A stretch of DNA of 64,000 bases, from contig CAXHJY010000096.1 in the NCBI GenBank assembly GCA_964016885.1, positions 2,232,001 to 2,296,000 of the forward strand. The letters run 5' to 3'. The notes under the pieces were generated by a model. The model was not told the DNA's origin, did no database searches, and worked only from the letters and a program-made list of their open reading frames with translations. The stretch comes from Eledone cirrhosa. Its lineage: Eukaryota. Position 1 is the stretch's first letter, and the number at the start of each line of letters is the position of its first letter. Shown here piece after piece: positions 1 through 12,700 of this stretch. The position numbers were made by a program, and so were the translations under genes.

Positions 1-329
1 TTTGTAAAAAAAATCAAGGGGAGATAATTTCCAGCCGTCCAAGGGGAGATAATTTTCAGCCGTCCAAGGGGAGATAATTTCCCGCCAGCCAAGGGAAGAT
101 AATATTTTAAAAAATTAGGCGGAGATAATTTGTAAAAAAAATCAGGGGGAGATAATTTGTAAAAAAATCAGGGGGAGATAATTTGTAAAAAAAATCAGGG
201 GGAGATAATTTGTAAAAAAAATCAGGGGGAGATAATTTGTAAAAAAAAATCAGGGGTAGATAATTTGTAAAAAAAAATCAGGGGGAGATAATTTGTAAAA
301 AAATCAAGGGGAGATAATTTCCAGCCGTC

Positions 330-445
330 CAAGGGAAGATAATTTCCAGCCCTCCAAGGGGCTATAATTTCCAGCGTCCAAGGGGAGATAATTTCCAGCC
401 AGCGAAGGGGAGATAATTTTTTTAAAAAAATCATTGGGAGATTTG
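330..445 (+). repeat. Higher-order module M2 (GGGAAGAT..CCCTCC..GGGGCTAT..CAGCGTCC..AGCGAAGG..TCATTGGGAGATTTG), about 20 copies
   Basis: The same ordered set of rare variants appears near 330, 2690, 5990, 8710, 14830, 18600, 20790, 23810, 28180, 30530, 33520, 38550, 40060, 42280, 48950, 53130, 55290, 59820, 62050 and 63450. Confidence 0.9.
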
Positions 446-855
446 TAAAAAAAATCAGGGGGAGATAATTTGTAAAAAAAATCAAGGGGAGATAATTTCC
501 AGCCGTCCAAGGGGAGGTAATATCTAGCCGTCCAAGGGTAGATAATTTCCAGCCGTCCAACGGGAGATAATTTCCAGCCGTCCAAGGGTAGATAATATCC
601 AGCCGCCCAAGGACATATTTTCCAGCCGTCCAAGGAGAGGTAATTTCTAGCCGTCCAAGGGGAGATAATTTCCAGCCGTCCAAGGGTAGATAATATCCAG
701 CCGTCCAAGGACATATTTTCCAGCCGTCCAAGGAGAGGTAATTTCTAGCCGTCCAAGGGGAGATAAATTCCAGCCTCCAAGGGGAGATAATTTCCAGCCA
801 GCCAAGGGGAGATAATTTGTAAAAAAATCAGGGGGAGATAATTTGTAAAAAAAAT

Positions 856-883
856 CAGGGGGAGATAATTTGTAAAAAAAAAT
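856..883 (+). repeat. Representative type B monomer, CAGGGGGAGATAATTTGT-An-T (A9 here, 28 bp; mostly 26-28 bp)
   Basis: Read directly. It occurs in runs of about 1-10 copies. Variants include GGCGG, GGGGT, CATGGGG, AAAAATAAT and TTTGC. Confidence 0.97.
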
Positions 884-1836
884 CAGGGGGAGATAATTTG
901 TAAAAAAAATCAGGGGGAGATAATTTGCAAAAAAAATCAGGGGGAGATAATTTGTAAAAAAAAATCAGGGGTAGATAATTTGTAAAAAAAAATCAGGGGG
1001 AGATAATTTGTAAAAAAAAATCAGGGGGAGATAATTTGTAAAAAAAATCAAGGGGAGATAATTTCCAGCCGTCCAAGGAGAGATAATTTTAAAAAAAATC
1101 AGGCGGAGATAATTTGTAAAAAAAAATCAGGGGGAGATAATTTGTAAAAAAAATTAGGCGTAGATAATTTGTAAAAAAAAATCAGGGGGATAATTTGTAA
1201 AAAAAAATCAGGGGGAGATAATTTGTTTAAAAAATCAAGGGGAGATAATTTGCAGCCGTCCAAGGGGAGATAATTTTCAGCCGTCCAAGGAGAGGTAATT
1301 TCTAGCCGTTCAAGGGGAGATAATTTCCAGCCGTCCAAGGGGAGATAATTTCCAGCCGTCCAAGGAGACATATTTTCCAGCCGTCCAAGGAGAGGTAATT
1401 CCTAGCCGTCCAAGGGGAGATAAATTCCAGCCTCCAAGGGGAGATAATTTCCAGCCAGCCAAGGGGAGATAATTTGTAAAAAAAATCAGGGGGAGATAAT
1501 TTGTAAAAAAAATCAGGGGGAGATAATTTGTAAAAAAAAATCAGGGGGAGATAATTTGTAAAAAAAATCAAGGGGAGATAATTTCCAGCCGTCCAAGGGG
1601 AGATAATTTTCAACCGTCCAAGGGGAGATAATTTCCCGCCAGCTAAGGGGAGATAATTTGTAAAAAAATCAGGGGGAGATAATTTGTAAAAAAAAAAATC
1701 AGGGGGAGATAATTTGTAAAAAAAATCAGGGGGAGATAATTTGTAAAAAAAAATCAGGGGTAGATAATTTGTAAAAAAAAATCAGGGGGAGATAATTTGT
1801 AAAAAAAAATCAGGGGGAGATAATTTGTAAAAAAAA

Positions 1837-2240
1837 TGAAAGGGGAGATAATATCCAGCCGTCCAAGGGGAGATAATTTCCAGCCGTCCAAGGGGAGATA
1901 ATTTCCAGCCGTCCAAGGGGAGATAATTTCCATCCTTCCAAGGGGATATAATTTCCAGCCGTCCAAGGGGAGATAATTTCCATCCTTCCAAGGGGATATA
2001 ATTTCCAGCCGTCCAAGGGGAGATAATTTTCAGCCGTCCAAGGAGAGGTAATTTCTAGCCGTCCAAGGAGAGATAATTTCCAGCCGTCCAAGGGGAGATA
2101 ATTTCCAGCCGTCCAAGGGGAGATAATTTCCAGCCGTCCAAGGAGACATATTTTCCAGCCGTCCAAGGAGAGGTAATTCCTAGCCGTCCAAGGGGAGATA
2201 AATTCCAGCCTCCAAGGGGAGATAATTTCCAGCCAGCCAA
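1837..2240 (+). repeat. Higher-order module M1: ~400-bp ordered run of 16 type A monomers, about 18 full copies
   Basis: Fixed order: TGAAAGGGGAGATAATATCC, CCATCCTTCC twice, GGAGACATATTTT, GGTAATTCCTAG, AAATTCCAGCCTCC, CCAGCCAGCC. Starts near 1837, 5053, 13889, 17742, 19960, 25014, 26328, 27350, 29699, 35417, 36704, 37724, 51448, 52277, 54487, 58965, 60655 and 61485, matching recurring near-identical ORF translations. Confidence 0.92.
1864..1888 (+). repeat. Representative type A monomer, 25 bp, CAAGGGGAGATAATTTCCAGCCGTC
   Basis: Read directly. Tandem exact copies follow at 25-bp spacing. Common variants include TTTTCAG, GGAGAGGTAATTTCTAG, GGAGACATATTTT, CCATCCTTCC and AAATTCCAGCCTCC (24 bp). 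Confidence 0.97.
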
Positions 2241-3799
2241 GGGGAGATAATTTGTAAAAAAAATCAGGGGGAGATAATTTGTAAAAAAAATCAGGGGGAG
2301 ATAATTTGTAAAAAAAAATCAGGGGGAGATAATTTGTAAAAAATAATCAGGGGGAGATAATTTGTAAAAAAAATCAAGGGGAGATAATTTCCAGCCGTCC
2401 AAGGGGAGATAATTTTCAGCCGTCCAAGGGGAGATAATTTCCCGCCAGCCAAGGGAAGATAATATTTTAAAAAATTAGGCGGAGATAATTTGTAAAAAAA
2501 ATCAGGGGGAGATAATTTGTAAAAAAATCAGGGGGAGATAATTTGTAAAAAAAATCAGGGGGAGATAATTTGTAAAAAAAATCAGGGGGAGATAATTTGT
2601 AAAAAAAAATCAGGGGTAGATAATTTGTAAAAAAAAATCAGGGGGAGATAATTTGTAAAAAAATCAAGGGGAGATAATTTCCAGCCGTCCAAGGGAAGAT
2701 AATTTCCAGCCCTCCAAGGGGCTATAATTTCCAGCGTCCAAGGGGAGATAATTTCCAGCCAGCGAAGGGGAGATAATTTTTTTAAAAAAATCATTGGGAG
2801 ATTTGTAAAAAAAATCAGGGGGAGATAATTTGTAAAAAAAATCAAGGGGAGATAATTTCCAGCCGTCCAAGGGGAGGTAATATCTAGCCGTCCAAGGGTA
2901 GATAATTTCCAGCCGTCCAACGGGAGATAATTTCCAGCCGTCCAAGGGTAGATAATATCCAGCCGCCCAAGGACATATTTTCCAGCCGTCCAAGGAGAGG
3001 TAATTTCTAGCCGTCCAAGGGGAGATAATTTCCAGCCGTCCAAGGGTAGATAATATCCAGCCGTCCAAGGACATATTTTCCAGCCGTCCAAGGAGAGGTA
3101 ATTTCTAGCCGTCCAAGGGGAGATAAATTCCAGCCTCCAAGGGGAGATAATTTCCAGCCAGCCAAGGGGAGATAATTTGTAAAAAAATCAGGGGGAGATA
3201 ATTTGTAAAAAAAATCAGGGGGAGATAATTTGTAAAAAAAAATCAGGGGGAGATAATTTGTAAAAAAAATCAGGGGGAGATAATTTGCAAAAAAAATCAG
3301 GGGGAGATAATTTGTAAAAAAAAATCAGGGGTAGATAATTTGTAAAAAAAAATCAGGGGGAGATAATTTGTAAAAAAAAATCAGGGGGAGATAATTTGTA
3401 AAAAAAATCAAGGGGAGATAATTTCCAGCCGTCCAAGGAGAGATAATTTTAAAAAAAATCAGGCGGAGATAATTTGTAAAAAAAAATCAGGGGGAGATAA
3501 TTTGTAAAAAAAATTAGGCGTAGATAATTTGTAAAAAAAAATCAGGGGGATAATTTGTAAAAAAAAATCAGGGGGAGATAATTTGTTTAAAAAATCAAGG
3601 GGAGATAATTTGCAGCCGTCCAAGGGGAGATAATTTTCAGCCGTCCAAGGAGAGGTAATTTCTAGCCGTTCAAGGGGAGATAATTTCCAGCCGTCCAAGG
3701 GGAGATAATTTCCAGCCGTCCAAGGGGAGATAATTTTTTTTAAAAAATCAGGCGGAGATAATTTGTAAAAAAAAATCAGGGGGAGATAATTCGTAAAAA

Positions 3800-6700
3800 A
3801 AATCAGGGGGAGATAATTTGTAAAAAAAAATCAGGGGGAGATAATTTGTAAAAAAAATCAAGGGGAGATAATTTCCAGCCGTCCAAGGGGAGGTAATATC
3901 TAGCCGTCCAAGGGGAGATAATTTCCAGCCGTCCAAGGGGAGATAATTTCCAGCCGTCCAAGGGGAGATAATTTCCAGCCGTCCAAGGAGACATATTTTC
4001 CAGCCGTCCAAGGCGAGGTAATTTCTAGCCGTCCAAGGGGAGATAAATTCCAGCCTCCAAGGGGAGATAATTTCCAGCCAGCCAAGGGGAGATAATTTGT
4101 AAAAAAATCAGGGGGAGATAATTTGTAAAAAATATCAGGGAGATAATTTGTAAAAAAAAATCAGGGGGAGATAATTTGTAAAAAAAATCAGGGGGAGATA
4201 ATTTGTAAAAAAAAATCAGGGGAAGATAATTTGTAAAAAAAATCAAGGGGAGATAATTTCCAGCCGTCCAAGGGGAGATAATTTTCAGCCGTCCAAGGAG
4301 AGGTAATTTCTAGCCGTCCGAGGAGAGATAATTTCCAGCCGTCCAAGGGGAGATAATTTCCAGCCGTCCAAGGGGAGATAATTTCCAGCCGTCCAAGGAG
4401 ACATATTTTCCAGCCGTCCAAGGAGAGGTAATTTCTAGCCGTCCAAGGGGAGATAAATTCCAGCCTCCAAGGGGAGATAATTTCCAGCCAGCCAAGGGGA
4501 GATAATTTGTAAAAAAATCAGGGGGAGATAATTTGCAAAAAAAATCAGGGGGAGATAATTTGTAAAAAAATCAGGGGGAGATAATTTGTAAAAAATAATC
4601 AGGGGGAGATAATTTCCAGCCGTCGAAGGGGAGATAATTTAAAAAAAAATCAGGCGGAGATAATTTGTAAAAAAAAATCAGGGGGAGATAATTTGTAAAA
4701 AAAAATCAGGGGGAGATAATTTGTAAAATAAATCAAGGGGAGATAATTTCCAGCCGTCCAAGGGGAGATAATTTTCAGCCGTCCAAGGGGAGATAATTTC
4801 CCGCCAGCCAAGGGAAGATAATATTTAAAAAAATCAGGCGGAGATAATTTGTAAAAAAAATCAGGGGGAGATAATTTGTAAAAAAATCAGGGGGAGATAA
4901 TTTGTAAAAAAAAATCAGGGGGCGATAATTTGTAAAAAAAATCAGGGGGAGATAATTTGTAAAAAAAAATCAGGGGTAGATAATTTGTAAAAAAAAATCA
5001 GGGGGAGATAATTTGTAAAAAAAAATCAGGGGGAGATAATTTGTAAAAAAAATGAAAGGGGAGATAATATCCAGCCGTCCAAGGGGAGATAATTTCCAGC
5101 CGTCCAAGGGGAGATAATTTCCAGCCGTCCAAGGGGAGATAATTTCCATCCTTCCAAGGGGATATAATTTCCAGCCGTCCAAGGGGAGATAATTTCCATC
5201 CTTCCAAGGGGATATAATTTCCAGCCGTCCAAGGGGAGATAATTTTCAGCCGTCCAAGGAGAGGTAATTTCTAGCCGTCCAAGGAGAGATAATTTCCAGC
5301 CGTCCAAGGGGAGATAATTTCCAGCCGTCCAAGGGGAGATAATTTCCAGCCGTCCAAGGAGACATATTTTCCAGCCGTCCAAGGAGAGGTAATTCCTAGC
5401 CGTCCAAGGGGAGATAAATTCCAGCCTCCAAGGGGAGATAATTTCCAGCCAGCCAAGGGGAGATCATTTGTAAAAAAAATCAGATGGAGATAATTTGTAA
5501 AAAAAATCAGGGGGAGATAATTTGTAAAAAAAAATCAGAGGGAGATAATTTGTAAAAAATAATCAGGGGGAGATAATTTGTAAAAAAAATCAAGGGGAGA
5601 TAATTTCCAGCCGTCCAAGGGGAGATAATTTTCAGCCGTCCAAGGGGAGATAATTTCCCGCCAGCCAAGGGAAGATAATATTTAAAAAAATTAGGCGGAG
5701 ATAATTTGTAAAAAAAATCAGGGGGAGATAATTTGTAAAAAAATCAGGGGGAGATAATTTGTAAAAAAAATCAGGGGGAGATAATTTGTAAAAAAAAATC
5801 AGGGGTAGATAATTTGTAAAAAAAAATCAGGGGGAGATAATTTGTAAAAAAAATCAGGGGGAGATAATTTGTAAAAAAAATCAGGGGGAGATAATTTGTA
5901 AAAAAAAATCAGGGGTAGATAATTTGTAAAAAAAAATCAGGGGGAGATAATTTGTAAAAAAAATCAAGGGGAGATAATTTCCAGCCGTCCAAGGGAAGAT
6001 AATTTCCAGCCCTCCAAGGGGCTATAATTTCCAGCGTCCAAGGGGAGATAATTTCCAGCCAGCGAAGGGGAGATAATTTTTTTTTCAAAATCATTGGGAG
6101 ATTTGTAAAAAAAATCAGGGGGAGATAATTTGTAAAAAAAATCAAGGGGAGATAATTTCCAGCCGTCCAAGGGGAGGTAATATCTAGCCGTCCAAGGGGA
6201 GATAATTTCCAGCCGTCCAAGGGTAGATAATATCCAGCCGTCCAAGGACATATTTTCCAGCCGTCCAAGGAGAGGTAATTTCTAGCCGTCCAAGGGGAGA
6301 TAAATTCCAGCCTCCAAGGGGAGATAATTTCCAGCCAGCCAAGGGGAGATAATTTGTAAAAAAATCAGGGGGAGATAATTTGTAAAAAAAATCAGGGGGA
6401 GATAATTTGTAAAAAAAAATCAGGGGGAGATAATTTGTAAAAAAAAATCAGGGGGAGATAATTTGTAAAAAAAATCAGGGGGAGATAATTTGTAAAAAAA
6501 ATCAAGGGGAGATCATTTCCAGCCGTCCAAGGGAGATAATTTTCAGCCGTCCAAGGGGAGATAATTTCCCGCCAGCCAAGGGAAGATAATATTTAAAAAA
6601 ATCAGGCGGAGATAATTTGTAAAAAAAATCAGGGGGAGATAATTTGTAAAAAAATCAGGGGGAGATAATTTGTAAAAGAAAAATCAGGGGGAGATAATTT

Positions 6701-9700
6701 GTAAAAAAAATCAGGGGGAGATAATTTGTAAAAAAAAATCAGGGGTAGATAATTTGTAAAAAAAAATCAGGGGGAGATAATTTGTAAAAAAAATCAGAGG
6801 GAGATAATTTGTAAAAAAAATGAAAGGGGAGATAATATCCAGCCGTCCAAGGGGAGATAATTTCCAGCCGTCCAAGGGGAGATAATTTCCAGCCGTCCAA
6901 GGGGATATAATTTCCAGCCGTCCAAGGGGAGATAATTTCCCGCCAGCCAAGGGAAGATAATTTTTAAAAAAATCAGGCGGAGATTGTAAAAAAAATCAGG
7001 GGGGAGATAATTTGTAAAAAAATCAGGGGGAGATAATTTGTAAAAAAAAATCAGGGGGAGATAATTTGTAAAAAATAATCAGGGGGAGATAATTTGTAAA
7101 AAAAAATCAAGGGGAGATAATTTCCAGCCGTCCAAGGGGAGATAATTTTCAGCCGTCCAAGAAGAGGTAATTTCTAGCCGTCCAAGGGGAGATAATTTCC
7201 AGCCGTCCAAGGGGAGGTAATTTCCAGCCGTCCAAGGGGAGATAATTTTTAAAAAAAAATCAGGCGGAGATAATTTGTAAAAAAAATCAAGGGGAGATAC
7301 TTTGCAGCCGTCCAAGGGGAGATAATTTTCAGTCGTCCAAGGAGAGGTAATTTCTAGCCGTCCAAGGGGAGATAATTTCCAGCCGTCCAAGGGGAGATAA
7401 TTTCCAGCCGTCCAAGGGGAGATAATTTTTTTTTAAAAATCAGGCGGAGATAATTTGTAAAAAAAATCAGGGGGAGATAATTTGTAAACAAAATCAGGGG
7501 GAGATAATTTGTAAAAAAAAATCAGGGGGAGATAATTTGTAAAAAAAATCAAGGAGAGATAATTTCCAGCCGTCCAAGGGAAGATAATTTCCAGCCGTCC
7601 AAGGAGACATATTTTCCAGCCGTCCAAGGCGAGGTAATTTCTAGCCGTCCAAGGGGAGATAAATTCCAGCCTCCAAGGGGAGATAATTTCCAGCCAGCCA
7701 AGGCGAGATAATTTGTAAAAAAATCAGGGGGAGATAATTTGTAAAAAATATCTGGGAGATAATTTGTAAAAAAAAATCAGGGGGAGATAATTTGTAAAAA
7801 AAATCAGGGGGAGATAATTTGTAAAAAAAAATCAGGGGGAGATAATTTGTAAAAAAAATCAAGGGGAGATAATTTCCAGCCGTCCAAGGGGAGATAATTT
7901 TCAGCCGTCCAAGGAGAGGTAATTTCTAGCCGTCCGAGGAGAGATAATTTCCAGCCGTCCAAGGGGAGATAATTTCCATCCTTCCAAGGGGATATAATTT
8001 CCAGCCGTCCAAGGGGAGATAATTTCCATCCTTCCAAGGGGATATAATTTCCAGCCGTCCAAGGGGAGATAATTTTCAGCCGTCCAAGGAGAGGTAATTT
8101 CTAGCCGTCCAAGGAGAGATAATTTCCAGCCGTCCAAGGGGAGATAATTTCCAGCCGTCCAAGGGGAGATAATTTCCAGCCGTCCAAGGAGACATATTTT
8201 CCAGCCGTCCAAGGAGAGGTAATTCCTAGCCGTCCAAGGGGAGATAAATTCCAGCCTCCAAGGGGAGATAATTTCCAGCCAGCCAAGGGGAGATAATTTG
8301 TAAAAAAAATCAGGGGGAGATAATTTGTAAAAAAAATCAGGGGGAGATAATTTGTAAAAAAAAATCAGGGGGAGATAATTTGTAAAAAATAATCAGGGGG
8401 AGATAATTTGTAAAAAAAATCAAGGGGAGATAATTTCCAGCCGTCCAAGGGGAGATAATTTTCAGCCGTCCAAGGGGAGATAATTTCCCGCCAGCCAAGG
8501 GAAGATAATATTTAAAAAAATTAGGCGGAGATAATTTGTAAAAAAAATCAGGGGGAGATAATTTGTAAAAAAATCAGGGGGAGATAATTTGTAAAAAAAA
8601 TCAGGGGGAGATAATTTGTAAAAAAAATCAGGGGGAGATAATTTGTAAAAAAAAATCAGGGGGAGATAATTTGTAAAAAAAATCAAGGGGAGATAATTTC
8701 CAGCCGTCCAAGGGAAGATAATTTCCAGCCCTCCAAGGGGCTATAATTTCCAGCGTCCAAGGGGAGATAATTTCCAGCCAGCGAAGGGGAGATAATTTTT
8801 TTTAAAAAATCATTGGGAGATTTGTAAAAAAAATCAGGGGGAGATAATTTGTAAAAAAAATCAAGGGGAGATAATTTCCAGCCGTCCAAGGGGAGGTAAT
8901 ATCTAGCCGTCCAAGGGGAGATAATTTCCAGCCGTCCAAGGGGAGATAATTTCCAGCCGTCCAAGGGTAGATAATATCCAGCCGTCCAAGGACATATTTT
9001 CCAGCCGTCCAAGGAGAGTTAATTTCTAGCCGTCCAAGGGGAGATAAATTCCAGCCTCCAAGGTGAGATAATTTCCAGCCAGCCAAGGGGAGATAATTTG
9101 TAAAAAAATCAGGGGGAGATAATTTGTAAAAAAAATCAGGGGGAGATAATTTGTAAAAAAAAATCAGGGGGAGATAATTTGTAAAAAAAATCAGGGGGAG
9201 ATAATTTGTAAAAAAAAATCAGGGGGAGATAATTTGTAAAAAAAATCAAGGGGAGATAATTTCCAGCCGTCCAAGGGGAGATAATTTCCCGCCAGCCAAG
9301 GGAAGATAATATTTAAAAAAATCAGGCGGAGATAATTTGTAAAAAAAATCAGGGGGAGATAATTTGTAAAAAAATCAGGGGGAGATAATTTGTAAAAAAA
9401 AAATCAGGGGGAGATAATTTGTAAAAAAAATCAGGGGGAGATAATTTGTAAAAAAAAATCAGGGGTAGATAAATTGTAAAAAAAAATCAGGGGGAGATAA
9501 TTTGTAAAAAAAATCAGGGGGAGATAATTTGTAAAAAAAATGAAAGGGGAGATAATATCCAGCCGTCCAAGGGGAGATAATTTCCAGCCGTCCAAGGGGA
9601 GATAATTTCCAGCCGTCCAAGGGGAGATAATTTCCATCCTTCCAAGGGGATATAATTTCCAGCCGTCCAAGGGGAGATAATTTCCCGCCAGCCAAGGGAA

Positions 9701-12700
9701 GATAATTTTTAAAAAAATCAGGCGGAGATTGTAAAAAAAATCAGGGGGGAGATAATTTGTAAAAAAATCAGGGGGAGATAATTTGTAAAAAAAAATCAGG
9801 GGGAGATAATTTGTAAAAAATAATCAGGGGGAGATAATTTGTAAAAAAAAATCAAGGGGAGATAATTTCCAGCCGTCCAAGGGGAGATAATTTCCCGCCA
9901 GCCAAGGGAAGATAATATTTAAAAAAATTAGGCGGAGATAATTTGTAAAAAAAATCAGGGGGAGATAATTTGTAAAAAAATCAGGGGGAGATAATTTGTA
10001 AAAAAAATCAGGGGGAGATAATTTGTAAAAAAAATCATGGGGAGATAATTTGTAAAAAAAAATCAGGGGTAGATAATTTGTAAAAAAAAATCAGGGGGAG
10101 ATAATTTGTAAAAAAAAATCAGGGGGAGATAATTTGTAAAAAAAATCAAGGGGAGATAATTTCCAGCCGTCCAAGGGGAGATAATTTTCAGCTGTCCAAG
10201 GAGAGGTAATTTCTAGCCGTCCAAGGGGAGATAATTTCCAGCCGTCCAAGGGGAGGTAATTTCCAGCCGTCCAAGGGGAGATAATTTTAAAAAAAAAATC
10301 AGGCGGAGATAATTTGTAAAAAAAATCAAGGGGAGATAATTTGCAGCCGTCCAAGGGGAGATAATTTTCAGTCGTCCAAGGAGAGGTAATTTCTAGCCGT
10401 CCAAGGGGAGATAATTGCCAGCCGTCCAAGGGGAGATAATTTCCAGCCGTCCAAGGGGAGATAATTTTTTTTAAAAAATCAGGCGGAGATAATTTGTAAA
10501 AAAAATCAGGGGGAGATAATTTGTAAACAAAATCAGGGGGAGATAATTTGTAAAAAAAAATCAGGGGGAGATAATTTGTAAAAAAAATCATGGAGAGATA
10601 ATTTCCAGCCGTCCAAGGTGAGATAATTTCCAGCCGTCCAAGGAGACATATTTTCCAGCCGTCCAAGGCGAGGTAATTTCTAGCCGTCCAAGGGGAGATA
10701 AATTCCAGCCTCCAAGGGGAGATAATTTCCAGCCAGCCAAGTGGAGATAATTTGTAAAAAAATCAGGGGGAGATAATTTGTAAAAAATATCAGGGAGATA
10801 ATTTGTAAAAAAAAATCAGGGGGAGATAATTTGTAAAAAAAATCAGGGGGAGATAATTTGTAAAAAAAAATCAGGGGGAGATAATTTGTAAAAAAAATCA
10901 AGGGGAGATAATTTCCAGCCGTCCAAGGGGAGATAATTTTCAGCCGTCCAAGGGGAGATAATTTCCCGCCAGCCAAGGGAAGATAATATTTAAAAAAATC
11001 AGGCGGAGATAATTTGTAAAAAAAATCAGGGGGAGATAATTTGTAAAAAAATCAGGGGGAGATAATTTGTAAAAAAAAAATCAGGGGGAGATAATTTGTA
11101 AAAAAAATCAGGGGGAGATAATTTGTAAAAAAAAATCAGGGGTAGATAATTTGTAAAAAAAAATCAGGGGGAGATAATTTGTAAAAAAAAATCAGGGGGA
11201 GATAATTTGTAAAAAAATGAAAGGGGAGATAATATCCAGCCGTCCAAGGGGAGATAATTTCCAGCCGTCCAAGGGGATATAATTTCCAGCCGTCCAAGGG
11301 GAGATAATTTCCATCCTTCCAAGGGGATATAATTTCCAGCCGTCCAAGGGGAGATAATTTCCCGCCAGCCAAGGGAAGATAATTTTTAAAAAAATCAGGC
11401 GGAGATTGTAAAAATAATCAGGGGGGAGATAATTTGTAAAAAAATCAGGGGGAGATAATTTGTAAAAAATAATCAGGGGGAGATAATTTGTAAAAAAATT
11501 CAAGGGGAGATAATTTCCAGCCGTCCAAGGGGAGATAATTTCCCGCCAGCCAAGGGAAGATAATATTTAAAAAAATTAGGCGGAGATAATTTGTAAAAAA
11601 AATCAGGGGGAGATAATTTGTAAAAAAATCAGGGGGAGATAATTTGTAAAAAAAATCAGGGGGAGATAATTTGTAAAAAAAATCATGGGGAAATAATTTG
11701 TAAAAAAAAATCAGGGGTAGATAATTTGTAAAAAAAAATCAGGGGGAGATAATTTGTAAAAAAAAATCAGGGGGAGATAATTTGTAAAAAAAATCAAGGG
11801 GAGATAATATCCAGCCGTCCAAGGAGAGATAATTTTAAAAAAAAATGAGGCGGAGATAATTTGTAAAAAAAAAATCAGGGGGAGTTAATTTGTAAAAAAA
11901 AATGAGGGGGAGATAATTTGTAAAAAAAATCAAGGGGAGATAATTTCCAGCCGTCCAAGGGGAGATAATTTTCAGCCGTCCAAGGAGAGGTAATTTCTAG
12001 CCGTCCAAGGGGAGATAATTTCCAGCCGTCCAAGGGGAGGTAATTTCCAGCCGTCCAAGGGGAGATAAATTAAAAAAAAAAATCAGGCGGAGATAATTTG
12101 TAAAAAAAATCAAGGGGAGATAATTTGCAGCCGTCCAATGGGAGATAATTTTCAGTCGTCCAAGGAGAGGTAATTTCTAGCCGTCCAAGGGGAGATAATT
12201 TCCAGCCGTCCAAGGGGAGATAATTTTTTTTTAAAAATCAGGCGGAGATAATTTGTAAAAAAAATCAGGGGGAGATAATTTGTAAACAAAATCAGGGGGA
12301 GATAATTTGTAAAAAAAAATCAGGGGGAGATAATTTGTAAAAAAAATTAGGCGTAGATAATTTGTAAAAAAAAATCAGGGGGAGATAATTTGTAAAAAAA
12401 AATCAGGGGGAGATAATTTGTTTAAAAAATCAAGGGGAGATAATTTGCAGCCGTCCAAGGGGAGATAATTTTCAGCCGTCCAAGGAGAGGTAATTTCTAG
12501 CCGTTCAAGGGGAGATAATTTCCAGCCGTCCAAGGGGAGATAATTTCCAGCCGTCCAAGGGGAGATAATTTTTTTTAAAAAATCAGGCGGAGATAATTTG
12601 TAAAAAAAAATCAGGGGGAGATAATTCGTAAAAAAAAATCAGGGGGAGATAATTTGTAAAAAAAAATCAGGGGGAGATAATTTGTAAAAAAAATCAAGGG

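Larger units (their letters stand above)
1..3725 (+). repeat. Direct duplication at offset 2360: 1-1365 matches 2361-3725
   Basis: ORFs 222..731 and 2582..3091 are identical. The sequence matches by eye until CAAGGAGACA (1361) versus CAAGGGGAGA (3721). Confidence 0.9.

Noticed and set aside
411-435. Intrinsic terminator or regulatory hairpin at the TnAm palindromes
   Set aside because: The stem is AT-only with no GC-rich hairpin and no associated gene. It is kept only as a mutational-pattern finding.
1864-1888. Long telomerase-type repeat, since some budding yeasts such as Kluyveromyces lactis have 25-bp units
   Set aside because: Only the length is similar, and I recognise no sequence match. 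A 64-kb array with two monomers and inherited multi-kb duplications indicates recombinational amplification, not templated addition.
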